This document shows, one piece after another, positions 43,030-53,080 of a DNA stretch of 64,000 bases. The notes under the pieces were generated by a model. The model saw only the letters and a program-made list of their open reading frames with translations. It ran no database searches and was not told the origin of the DNA. The position numbers and the translations under genes are program-made. The DNA comes from an uncultured cyanobacterium. Its GTDB lineage: Bacteria; Cyanobacteriota; Cyanobacteriia; Cyanobacteriales; CAWCAG01. The DNA lies in assembly GCA_963793425.1 (NCBI GenBank), contig CAWCAG010000005.1, forward strand, positions 832,001-896,000. Reading direction: 5' to 3'. Numbering within the stretch: position 1 is the first letter of the stretch; each line of letters starts with the position of its first letter.

Positions 43030-44435
43030 TTAGTTAATCTGTTTTGCTGACTCTGTTTTTGGGGAATCAAATTCCTTGATAAAATTGATAGCTGTGTTTA
43101 AAGAGGGGATTTTCCCTTTTTCCGTTGCTCCAACCACTGTAACAGGCTTTTCTGGGGATACCGACCCCTTCAACCAACGCTTACCGAAGTTGGGATGGCG
43201 ATAGAGATCCATTTTCTGGGAACTAGAGTTAGTGAGAATTATATGGGTAGGAGCTTGAAAAAAACTGGCGCTTTGGGCTAACAATGAGTCTAGTCGGTGT
43301 ACTTCAACTGATTTTAAAGTTCTGATCACCTGAATTAAGGTCTTACCTAATTGCTGCATACCTTGGCGCTTTTGCTGATTAACTTTATCAAGGTTTTGGG
43401 ATTGTAAGTTGTGGACGATATTAATCAGATTGTGTCGAGTGGCGATCGCATCGCTAAAGGGAAAGACTGCTAGATAAGCGATAATAAATAGTTGGTCATT
43501 GCTGTCAACCCGGAATTTCAAGGTGGTTTTACGCCCTTTGACTTCAATGGTGGGGGGTTGGCTTAAACCAGGGTGAACTAAGGAAATTTGTCGGTAAATT
43601 GCGGCTAAGGCGAGATTAGCATTAAAATCTAGGTGAGCATCAATGTTAATTTGGACGGTTGGTAAGGTTTCTTCAAAAAAACTTTTAAGTTTTTCTGGAG
43701 TAAATTTGTGAATTTGACGGCGATCGCCATCAGAACTTAAATCCACCCATTCACACACTAAACCTTCCGTTTTCAGCCCAAAACGAGAAACACCATAAAG
43801 TTTGGCCCTGTTAAAGTGGCCCCGGTTAAGTCAGCACCAATCCAATCTGCTTCCATTAAATTAGCTTGGGTAAGATTAGCATGAACCAAACTGGTGTTGC
43901 GTAAGTTAGCATTACTAAGGTTTGCTCCCACCAAGTTGGCCCCACTTAACTTAGCTCCTTGTAAATCTGCCCAGCTTAAATCTGCCCCTTGTAAATCTGC
44001 CCAGCGCAAATTAGCCCCTCTTAAGTCACAACCGCTTAACTTAGCACGGTTCAAAGCTGTTTGGCGCAATTCAGCCCCTCTGAGGTTAGCAGAGATTAAT
44101 TCGCTACGGCGTAGGTTGGCTCCATTAAGGTTAGCCTTTTCTAAATTAGTACGATTGAGGCAAGCCCCTTGAAGATTGGCTTGGCTTAAGCTACTATGAC
44201 TCAGGTTGGCATCGGATAAATCTGCACTATTGCTAATTATGGCCACATTGAGTTGGGCATAACTGAGGTTGGTACGCTTTAAAATAGCACCGTTTAAGTT
44301 AGCCGCATTTAAGTTAGCTTCAGTTAGATTTGCCCCACTGAGGTTTATGCTGCTCAAGTTTTGCTCTTTGAGGTCAACACCAGTAAAGTCCCTGATTCCA
44401 GAAGTATATCTCTTAGCGAGTTCGATAGCTTTCAT
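43030..44435 (-). CDS. Pentapeptide repeat protein split by a single-base frameshift near 43806
   Basis: ..GATLTG|AKLYGVSRFGLKTEGLVCEWVDLS joins ORFs 43773-44435 and 43030-43758. Confidence 0.85.
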
Positions 44436-44611
44436 TAAAATTTCTCTTGGAAAAATTGCAAAAATTGCAAGTTGGTTTTGTGTCGGGCAACACCTCGTAG
44501 TTAAGATTTATGAGCAGAACAACTAATAAACAGAATTTAGCTAAGCTATTTTTACCTACAGGTAGTATAAACAGAATTCCCAAAGGAACTTCTTCTTAAG
44601 CAAGGGTAAAA

Positions 44612-45463
44612 ATGAAAGTAGGAATCGTTGGCTTAGGTTTGATCGGTGGCTCATTAGGGCTAGACTTGCGATCGCTAGGTTTTGAGGTTTTGGGTATCTC
44701 TCGTCGAGAAAAAACCTGTAGCCGAGCTTTAGACAAGAAGATAGTGGATGAGGCTAGTGTTAGTTTGAGCCTACTGAGAAAAGCTGATCTTGTCTTTGTT
44801 TGTACTCCTCTGACTGCGATCGCAGCTACAGTAGAACGGTTGATTCCCTATCTTAACCCCGATGCTATCATTACTGATGTTGGTTCGGTTAAGATGCCAA
44901 TTATAGACCCTTGTTCGCGGTTATGGGCTAATTTTGTGGGGGGACATCCCATGGCAGGAACGGCTGAACAAGGTATCGCAGCAGCACAAAAGCAATTATT
45001 TTCTGGTGCAGCTTATGTTCTCACCCCCAATCCCAGAACTTCTGTAACTGCGCTACAAAGAGTTCAAGAAATTGCTCAATCACTGGGAGCAAAAACTTAT
45101 ATTTGTTCCCCAGAAATTCATGATAAAGCTGTAGCTTGGATTTCTCATCTACCTTTGATGGTAAGTGCTGGTTTAATCTCTTCTTGTGTAGCGGAAGCAG
45201 AACCAGAGGTGTTAGAGTTAGCTAGGAAATTAGCTAGTTCTGGATTTCGAGATACTAGCAGGGTGGGGGGAGGGAATCCTGAATTAGGTTTAATGATTGC
45301 TCGCTATAATCGCCAAGCTCTACTGAGATCACTTTATCAATACCGTCATAGTTTAAACTCTATAATAGAAGACATAGAGCAAGAAGATTGGGGGCATTTG
45401 GAGGAATTCTTGACTTCAACTAAGCAAGAAAGACCTTTATTTATCAATAATCCTCCTCCGTAA
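44612..45463 (+). CDS. tyrA: Prephenate/arogenate dehydrogenase
   Basis: GLGLIGGS, DVGSVK, GGHPMAGT, HD..SHLP, SGFRDTSR. Confidence 0.95.
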   Translation: MKVGIVGLGLIGGSLGLDLRSLGFEVLGISRREKTCSRALDKKIVDEASVSLSLLRKADLVFVCTPLTAIAATVERLIPYLNPDAIITDVGSVKMPIIDPCSRLWANFVGGHPMAGTAEQGIAAAQKQLFSGAAYVLTPNPRTSVTALQRVQEIAQSLGAKTYICSPEIHDKAVAWISHLPLMVSAGLISSCVAEAEPEVLELARKLASSGFRDTSRVGGGNPELGLMIARYNRQALLRSLYQYRHSLNSIIEDIEQEDWGHLEEFLTSTKQERPLFINNPPP

Positions 45464-45697
45464 GTTCAAGGGTACTATCTATTCCAGCAAATATTTCCCA
45501 TAATTAGGATTATTTTATCTGCCCAGGTTTGGTTGAAATCGCTCTACTGGAACCCTAGCAGCAGAGTCATCAGGTTATTTTTTTACCACTTAATTCATCT
45601 ACTTTAAAAAAACTTATTCTTCTTCCTTTTTTGTTTTTCAATTTTAATTATTGCTAAACAAAAAGGTTGATCATTCAATCAGGAAAACCTGGTTTTA

Positions 45698-46420
45698 ATG
45701 CTGAAGTTAAACCATAAGAATTATAGTTTTTTTTACTTTATTGAGAAAATTAAGGAAACAGAGCCAGTGAAAATCTCTACTTTTGCATTATCAATTAAAA
45801 AGAATAATTTTACTAACCAAGGGGAGAAAGATAAGCAAAGAATAGTAAAAGGCTACTTTTTAAGTATATCTAATTCAGAAAATCGAGATTTTAGATTAAG
45901 AATAGAGTTTACTTTAACCCAGATTAGTTCGCCTCCTGAACATAGTAATTTTGACGAAAAAGTTATTTTGGCTTGTGACTTAGGAGGGCAAGTTACTTAT
46001 CTTCCTTTAAATCAATCTCCTACTAACAAAAATAAGTACAGTAGTTATTTCACTATTCCTGCTACAGAAACAGTCTCTATTGAACTACTTCCTGAACTCA
46101 CTAATAATCTGTTGTCTTATAACGGTGACTTAGAAGCAAGCGGCTTTGTCTCTTTATTGTTGCCAGCTAATCTCAATTTTTTAACTTATCGTGTTGAGTC
46201 TCAAACTCAAACACCTATTGAATTTGGCTTACATCCAGAAATACGCAGCGCAATTGTTCAAGCTGATGTAGCTGTTAAAAGTCCTGCTCATCTTGATTTT
46301 AACGAAGTTGTTGCCAGACTAGAAACTGCTGATAAAAAGCCTTGTATTTATTTGGAACCAGAACCAGGTTATCCCCTCTTTTTCCAGCCAGATATTATTG
46401 CCAATATTTCTTTACCTTGA
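45698..46420 (+). CDS. Hypothetical protein (start probably further downstream)
   Basis: 240 aa ORF, AT-rich, no recognised motif. Confidence 0.6.
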   Translation: MLKLNHKNYSFFYFIEKIKETEPVKISTFALSIKKNNFTNQGEKDKQRIVKGYFLSISNSENRDFRLRIEFTLTQISSPPEHSNFDEKVILACDLGGQVTYLPLNQSPTNKNKYSSYFTIPATETVSIELLPELTNNLLSYNGDLEASGFVSLLLPANLNFLTYRVESQTQTPIEFGLHPEIRSAIVQADVAVKSPAHLDFNEVVARLETADKKPCIYLEPEPGYPLFFQPDIIANISLP

Positions 46421-46469
46421 CTATTGCCTTTGAAGAGACTTTGCAGCCAAAGCCTCTTCAAACTTTAAC

Positions 46470-46955
46470 TTAAGCAAGAAGCGTATACTCAAGTACATCA
46501 TAATCGCTGCCCCGGAGTACAGACTCTGTTTGTTTCCCTCTTAGTCGCTTACTCAAAAAAGCTTCTAATATCCCTTGAATAGCTCCTAAAGTATAAGTAC
46601 ATTGACGAGGAGAATTTTCTTCTTCACTAAAAGAACAAACAGTTTCTCTAGAATAAACTTTGTAGACTTCTTCTTCGACAACAATTTTATCAATTATGCA
46701 AAGGCGAGTCCCTTCTTTTCCTAAAGCTTTAGTTGCTAAAGATTGAATTTCTATAAGGCTTATTTCCCCTTCTTTACCTGTTAAGCCTAACTCTTCAGCC
46801 AACTGTTTACCTCTTTGACGGCCGGCAGAAATCATCGCGATCATAGCAGCCTTCTCTCCTAAAGCTTCTTCAACACCGTAGATAATTGCTTTAAGGCAAA
46901 CCACGCTATTAAAGTTACCCAATTCTGTTCTTAATGATTTTTGAGCAATAGACAT
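46470..46955 (-). CDS. V4R-like small-ligand-binding protein
   Basis: AGRQRG..ETVCS..CTYTLGAIQGILE..ES. Confidence 0.75.
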   Translation of the reverse strand: MSIAQKSLRTELGNFNSVVCLKAIIYGVEEALGEKAAMIAMISAGRQRGKQLAEELGLTGKEGEISLIEIQSLATKALGKEGTRLCIIDKIVVEEEVYKVYSRETVCSFSEEENSPRQCTYTLGAIQGILEAFLSKRLRGKQTESVLRGSDYDVLEYTLLA

Positions 46956-47008
46956 ATTATTTCCTCTTCAGTTATTAGATTTGCTGGTATTTTGCTAGTA
47001 AGATGGCA

Positions 47009-47863
47009 CTAAACTTTGTTGCGTAAAAAACCGACTAAGTTATTCAAAAAAGATTCACTAATATCTTGACTGGACTCTGTCTTTGCTACCCCTGATGGCA
47101 TTACTTCTGCTTGAGAATTTTGGATTGTATTTTCCAACGATAGCAATGGTAATTCTTCTACTAAACCCACTACGATTAAGCGAAAAGAAATTTGCTGTAC
47201 TTGGGCGATGCTTAACTTAAGCTGTTGGCTAACTTTTTTAAGGGAAGTAGCACCGTCGGTAAATTCCCAAACCTGCCATTCTTGTTGGTTGAGGCGAACT
47301 TTAGGTTTACCTTCTACTTGGTTGAATAAAGCCGAAGTAGATTCAGGGAGTTTATTTTGGAGATTTGACCAATCTTTAAGGGCCCGTAAACCTGCTAAGG
47401 TAACTTCTGTAGCTGGGGTGCTTAAACCTGTCATTTCTGCCCAAGGTAGAGGTGCTTGGTTATTAAACTCAAAACTACCATTGGGATAGGTAAATAAGGC
47501 ACAGACTTGACGCAAAACCTGCACAGAAAAGAGAATTTTTAATTGTTCTGGTTGTAATATTCCTTGGGATTTAAGCTGCAAACCTAAAGGAGCATCCGCA
47601 GACAAGTTTTGACTTAATTGAGCAGCTACATCCTTGCTTAACCAGCCACGTTTATGAATCGAAGCAAGCAAACCTTGGCCGTCCAGACGGTTTGCAGCAC
47701 CCATGATACGACCTTGACGGAACCAAACATAGTGGCTTTGGATTACTCCTGACTCAAGGTTTGGTTGGGCGCGAATAGTTAGCAGTCCGGTTTTGTTGCC
47801 TCCGTCGAGAAACTGAAACAACTCTGCTAAGGAAAATTCTGATAAATATCCAGTAATAGCCAT
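47009..47863 (-). CDS. DUF4388/PATAN-like domain protein
   Basis: GYLSEFSLAELFQFL..KTGLL..WFRQGRI. Confidence 0.85.
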   Translation of the reverse strand: MAITGYLSEFSLAELFQFLDGGNKTGLLTIRAQPNLESGVIQSHYVWFRQGRIMGAANRLDGQGLLASIHKRGWLSKDVAAQLSQNLSADAPLGLQLKSQGILQPEQLKILFSVQVLRQVCALFTYPNGSFEFNNQAPLPWAEMTGLSTPATEVTLAGLRALKDWSNLQNKLPESTSALFNQVEGKPKVRLNQQEWQVWEFTDGATSLKKVSQQLKLSIAQVQQISFRLIVVGLVEELPLLSLENTIQNSQAEVMPSGVAKTESSQDISESFLNNLVGFLRNKV

Positions 47864-47874
47864 AGTCTTTTTAA

Positions 47875-48414
47875 CTAAACCAAGGTTGTTTGCCTCAACT
47901 GCTGTACCAAAGCAATGATTGCTTGGGCAACAGAAGCAGACTCATTAGCATTGACTTTGATTATGAGCGGGCGTTTACTTTCGTCTAAAAATCCTAAAGC
48001 AACAGCAATATTCTCTTCTTGCCATGCCCCCTGGCAGTCACCATGGGTAATACCAATAATCATCGGTACTTGGGCCCGCTGATTCATGAAACTCATGATG
48101 CGTCGTGCATAACGAAATTCATTAGGACGATGGGCAGCCACCAAAATAATATAGGCATGGGCTTTGCGAATGAGAATATCCCACATAAAATTGAATCTTA
48201 CTTGCCCAGGTGTACCGTAAAGATGCAGTGCCATATCTAACCCGAATTGCAATCTGCCAAAGTCAAAAGCAACAGTGGTTTGAGGTTTAAGGTTCGTTGT
48301 TTCGTCAGTAGCTTTTCTATCGGTGTCTACTACTTCAATTTCACTAACAGAACGAATGAAGCTAGATTTTCCCGCTCCTACAGGCCCTGTAACGACCAAG
48401 CGCATTATTTCCAT
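47875..48414 (-). CDS. MglA-like small GTPase
   Basis: GPVGAGKSS, TTVAFDFG, GTPGQ.RF.FMW. Confidence 0.92.
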   Translation of the reverse strand: MEIMRLVVTGPVGAGKSSFIRSVSEIEVVDTDRKATDETTNLKPQTTVAFDFGRLQFGLDMALHLYGTPGQVRFNFMWDILIRKAHAYIILVAAHRPNEFRYARRIMSFMNQRAQVPMIIGITHGDCQGAWQEENIAVALGFLDESKRPLIIKVNANESASVAQAIIALVQQLRQTTLV

Positions 48415-48459
48415 GAGTTTGTTGGCGTAGGCAGTTATCAATTAGTTAATGATTAGTCC

Positions 48460-48831
48460 CTATGTTAAGGCTGGTTTTAGCTCGGTGATAGCTCGCTTGA
48501 TTTCTAGCATTAGCACACCTTGTTTGGCAGCTTTATTGGCTAGGACTAAGAAGACTGCATCTTCACCACAACTGGTTAAAATACCGTAACCGGCATCTCC
48601 TTCGACATAGATTCTGTCTACCATGCCTCGCTCTAATTCGCTGGAGATTCTTTCCCCTAATGATAACATTGCAGCAGACATGGCGGAAACTCTTTCTTCA
48701 TCCATGTTGCCAGGTAAAATTGTTGCTAAGGGTAAGCCATCAGGAGTGACTAAGGCGGCCCCAACAACATCGCTGGTGGCAGTGACAAAGTTTTGAATGA
48801 TACTGCCTAGTTTTTCTGTATTAATTGCCAT
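48460..48831 (-). CDS. Roadblock/LC7 (MglB-like) protein
   Basis: ALVTPDGLPLA..AMSAAMLSLG..GVLMLE. Confidence 0.92.
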   Translation of the reverse strand: MAINTEKLGSIIQNFVTATSDVVGAALVTPDGLPLATILPGNMDEERVSAMSAAMLSLGERISSELERGMVDRIYVEGDAGYGILTSCGEDAVFLVLANKAAKQGVLMLEIKRAITELKPALT

Positions 48832-49313
48832 AAATTTTTCCTTTTCTTCTTTTAATTGATTTGCTAAGACTTATAGAATTGAAGTTTAAGAAAAGAAGGA
48901 ATATTTTGATGCTATTTGGCGATAGTTTTTGTGAATAAACTCTTTTGAGTAGTAATTTTTTCTAGCTAAAAAGTCTGGAGATAGTAACATGAACAAACCT
49001 CTTCTTTTGTACTATTTATTTTTCGTAGACCCTGAAAGCTAGTTTAACTAAATTAATTTGCTGGTTTCGACATTTTTCTTGATTGCATAACAAGTTTTTC
49101 ACTCTTAAAAAAGAAAAAATAATGTCGAACGTGATATTTTTGATGTTACTGCACACCTTAGAGAAAATCAACTATCCAGTCTTAATTCTTCTCTTTTATA
49201 ATGACTTAGGATATCCTACAGAGTTATTACTTGTTTTCCGGACAAACGACTAAGTGTCGGGGGAGTTGTGGGGAGGGGATAACCATAAAATATCTTCTTA
49301 ATCACATTTATTA

Positions 49314-50042
49314 TTAGTTAATAGCAATTGAACGTATTCCTAAAAAAATAAGTTGTGAATCTACAAGTAAATTTTCTTTTAATACAGGAAACTGAGCTTT
49401 TAAATAAGTCAATAGTAATTCTCCATCACCTCCAGTAAAAACAATCTGGCTGTGAGGAAACTTACGTTGCCAATCTTGAATAAAATCGTAGATTCCTGCT
49501 GTAAGAACACGAGTAATACCAGAGGCGATCGCCTCTTTCGTTTCTAGGGCCCATCTTGCTGGTACTTGTTTTGGTAATTGTATTTGCGGTAAGCCAGGGG
49601 TTTGTTGCTGCAAGGCTTTTAATTGCAAGCCTAAGCCTGGTAATATTGCTCCGCCGAGTATTTCTCCTTGGGGGTTTGCACCAGTGAAAGTTAAAGCTGT
49701 TCCTCCATCAATGACTAAAACCGGAAAACCATAGACGCAACCAGCCCCCCATAAAGCCAAAGCGCGATCTAAGCCCAGTGTTGGGTACATTCCGGAAAGA
49801 GGAACATCTTTTAAGGTAAGGAGTTTTTTCCGTTGATAGTTTTGCCACAAGGCGGTTTGGGAAGGGACGACAGAGGCAATATACAAAGGGAGGGTAGATA
49901 ATTCTTCTGGTAGTTGATTTTTTTCCACAGCTTTTTGGAGATGGGGAGTATGCCAAGTTTGGTGTAAGGCATTGTCTTTGAATAAAGCCCAATGCAGCCG
50001 CGAGTTACCGATGGCAAGAGCTAAACATTTATCATTTATCAT
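49314..50042 (-). CDS. coaX: Type III pantothenate kinase
   Basis: IGNSR, ASVVP, LGLDR, IDGGTALT, GGAILPG, TGGD. Confidence 0.93.
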   Translation of the reverse strand: MINDKCLALAIGNSRLHWALFKDNALHQTWHTPHLQKAVEKNQLPEELSTLPLYIASVVPSQTALWQNYQRKKLLTLKDVPLSGMYPTLGLDRALALWGAGCVYGFPVLVIDGGTALTFTGANPQGEILGGAILPGLGLQLKALQQQTPGLPQIQLPKQVPARWALETKEAIASGITRVLTAGIYDFIQDWQRKFPHSQIVFTGGDGELLLTYLKAQFPVLKENLLVDSQLIFLGIRSIAIN

Positions 50043-50125
50043 TTATCATTGATTCTGTTCTCTATTATGAAAGCAGCACTGTATAATTGGAAGTGAAACT
50101 TGCGATTAGTTTTTTAAAAGTTGAT

Positions 50126-50483
50126 ATGGCAAATTTAAAACCGCTTCAGTCTAGTTCCTTAAAAAATTTACAAGTAACTCTTTTACTGGAAATACTAACT
50201 TCTGGGCAAGTTTTAGCATCAGTTTTTGAGTTCCCTAACTGTCAAGTGCAAGCCTCAACAAAAGAAGCAGCGATTGCCAAAATATCAGACTGCATTTTTA
50301 GAACGGCTAAAAAACATTGAAGCGATTTCATGGCAAGTACCGATGTCCTCTTCAGAACCAGCTTGGTTGAAGTTTGCAGGTGCTTTTGAAGATGATTCTG
50401 ATTTCGCAGCAATTATGGAATCAATTCGTGCTGAACGAGATTCAGATGATGATTCAGAAGTTGATCCTTCATATTACCTGTAG
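50126..50483 (+). pseudogene. Putative antitoxin (HicB-like N-terminus) frameshifted near 50284
   Basis: ASVFEFPNCQVQASTKEAAIAK then +1 frame QTAFLERL..WLKFAGAFEDD; directly upstream of a PIN toxin. Confidence 0.65.
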
Positions 50484-50495
50484 GGGTAGCTAAGG

Positions 50496-50786
50496 GTGCG
50501 TCAATATATCCTGGATACCGATTGCGTTTCGCTGATTTTCTACAATCATCCTCAGATTATTGCTAAAACAACACAATATCAGATTGCAGTTACAATTATT
50601 ACGGTTCAAGAACTATTCAATGGGTGGGTTGGTAAAATTAATGATCCGTCTCTTGCTCATAAATTACCACAACTTTACTCAAAACTGTGGACTACTGTAA
50701 AATACCTACAAACAATTGAGATACTTGATTTTACCCCACAAGCTGATGCCTATCTCAAGAAACTGTTGAAAATTTATTTCTCCTGA
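50496..50786 (+). pseudogene. vapC: Truncated VapC/PIN toxin
   Basis: YILDTD, ITVQEL..G; ends at 96 aa without the C-terminal D..IA / N..F motifs. Confidence 0.75.
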
Positions 50787-51182
50787 ACCACCACACTTTG
50801 TGCAATCGATTCTAGGGGCTTCAAACTCACCTCTTCTATCAGGAGGTTTCTCAATACTCATAAACAACAATCCTCTTTAAATTAATTGATTTGCAACTGT
50901 TCCACTTCCTGTTGAGAAAGCAGTGTATATTCGTTAGTTCGTATTCTTTTGAAGCAAATAATCTTCCCCTGAAATATCACCCAGATGAATATTTTGGCCT
51001 TTAATTACCGTATTTCCTGTGGAAATGTGATTTACATTTTAAACCCTTAGTTGGATTGTTGTCTAGATGAGGTTTTTAGCTACTCCTCAAATAACTCATT
51101 TTGATTAAGTTCGGTAAAGATAAATGTGTCACAATAATATGAAAGAAAAATAACCATATAAAAATAATTTAACAGGAGACGG

Positions 51183-52913
51183 TTGATGGTAGCACTTGCC
51201 GAAAAGACGGAAAAGCGGCTGACGATCCAAAAAGCCGAAGTCGCCCCGGATACCCTAACAATACGTTCTTTAGATTGGGACCGTGATCGGTTTGATATTG
51301 AGTTTGGTTTGCAAAATGGTACAACCTATAACTCTTACATCATTAGTGGGGAAAAGACAGCTTTAGTTGATACTTCTCATGGTAAGTTTCGGCAATTATA
51401 TCTTGATGCCCTTAAAGGTGAAATAGACCCCAAAGAGATTGATTATTTAATTATTAGCCATACCGAACCAGATCATAGTGGTTTGGTGAAAGATGTTTTG
51501 GAATTAGCTCCCCAAGCAGTGGTTGTGGGTGCGAAAGTTGCCATCAAATTCCTAGAGGATTTAGTTCACAAACCCTTTGAAAAGTTAGTGGTTAAAAATG
51601 GTGACCAACTAGATTTAGGGAACGGCCATGTTTTAGAATTTGTTAATGCCCCGAATTTACATTGGCCTGACACTATTTTCACCTATGATGCCAAAACTCA
51701 GGTACTTTTCACCTGTGATGCTTTTGGAATGCACTATTGTAGCGATTCTGCCTACGATGAAGATATTAAAGCCATTGAACCAGATTATCGCTTCTATTAT
51801 GAATGTTTGATGGCTCCTAATGCTCGTTCGGTACTTTCGGCTATGAAGCGGATGGATAAATTAGGAGAAGTTGATCTGGTTGCTAATGGTCATGGCCCTT
51901 TGTTGCGTCATAATGTTGGGGAACTTCTGGGACGTTACCGCAGTTGGAGTAAAGCCCAAGCGAAAGCAGAAAAGACAGTAGCAGTATTTTATACCTCAGA
52001 TTATGGTTATAGCGATCGCCTTTCCCAAGCTGTAGCTAAAGGGATTACTAAAACTGGGGTAGCGGTGGAAATGATTGATTTTAAATCTGCTGATACCCAA
52101 GAAGTGCAAGAATTAGTTAACCGTGCTGCTGGTATTGTTATTGGTATGCCCTCTGCATCGGGAGAACATCACCAGGAAATAACTAAAGTTGTTAGCACCA
52201 TTTTAGCTGCGATTAATGGTAAGCAAGTTGTAGGGATGTTTGAATCCTATGGCGGCGATGATGAACCTATAGACCCTTTGTTAACTAAATTTGCGGACTT
52301 AGGACTCAAAAAAGCTTTCCCTTCCATCCGCATCAAAGACAACCCCACCGAAGCTACCTACCAACTTTGTGAAGAAGCGGGAACAGACCTGGGACAGCTT
52401 TTAAGCCGCGACAAAGCGATTAAACAGATGAAGTCCTTAGATAGTGATTTGGACAAAGCTTTAGGGCGCATCAGTGGCGGGCTTTATATTATCACTGCCC
52501 AAAAAGGCGACATTAAAAGTGCTATGCTAGCTTCTTGGGTTTCTCAAGCCAGTTTTGAACCCCCAGGCTTAACTATTGCGGTGGCTAAGGATCGCGCTAT
52601 TGAATCTTTGATGCAAGTAGGCGATAGCTTCATCTTAAATGTCTTAGAAGAAAGTAACTATCAGCATTTGATGCGACACTTCCTGAAGCGTTTTAAGCCG
52701 GGTGCAGATCGTTTTGAGGGGGTTAACACTCAAGCAGCAAATAATGGTTCCCCTATTCTCAGGGATGCTTTAGCTTATTTGGAGTGTAAGGTAGTTAGTC
52801 GTATGGAGTGTAGTGACCATTGGATCGTTTACAGCCAAGTAGAAACCGGTCGTGTTTCCAATACCGAAGCTTTAACCGCAGCACATCATCGTAAGGTTGG
52901 TAATCATTATTAA
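51183..52913 (+). CDS. flv3: Flavodiiron protein, Flv3-type
   Basis: RSLDWDRDRFDIEFGLQNGTTYNSY, HTEPDH, flavodoxin and flavin reductase domains, HHRKVGNHY. Confidence 0.88.
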   Translation: MMVALAEKTEKRLTIQKAEVAPDTLTIRSLDWDRDRFDIEFGLQNGTTYNSYIISGEKTALVDTSHGKFRQLYLDALKGEIDPKEIDYLIISHTEPDHSGLVKDVLELAPQAVVVGAKVAIKFLEDLVHKPFEKLVVKNGDQLDLGNGHVLEFVNAPNLHWPDTIFTYDAKTQVLFTCDAFGMHYCSDSAYDEDIKAIEPDYRFYYECLMAPNARSVLSAMKRMDKLGEVDLVANGHGPLLRHNVGELLGRYRSWSKAQAKAEKTVAVFYTSDYGYSDRLSQAVAKGITKTGVAVEMIDFKSADTQEVQELVNRAAGIVIGMPSASGEHHQEITKVVSTILAAINGKQVVGMFESYGGDDEPIDPLLTKFADLGLKKAFPSIRIKDNPTEATYQLCEEAGTDLGQLLSRDKAIKQMKSLDSDLDKALGRISGGLYIITAQKGDIKSAMLASWVSQASFEPPGLTIAVAKDRAIESLMQVGDSFILNVLEESNYQHLMRHFLKRFKPGADRFEGVNTQAANNGSPILRDALAYLECKVVSRMECSDHWIVYSQVETGRVSNTEALTAAHHRKVGNHY

Positions 52914-53080
52914 ATAGGGAGTAGGGAGTAGGGAGTAGGCAGCGGGAAAAAGTAGCTGTTATTTCCCTTTTCCCTGTTTTCTATTCCCTCTTTGGATTTC
53001 AAAGTTATATTTGCCAATTGCTGTGAAGTCTTTATAATAATCATTGATACCTAAATAACAGTCCTTATGTACTGAGGTAA

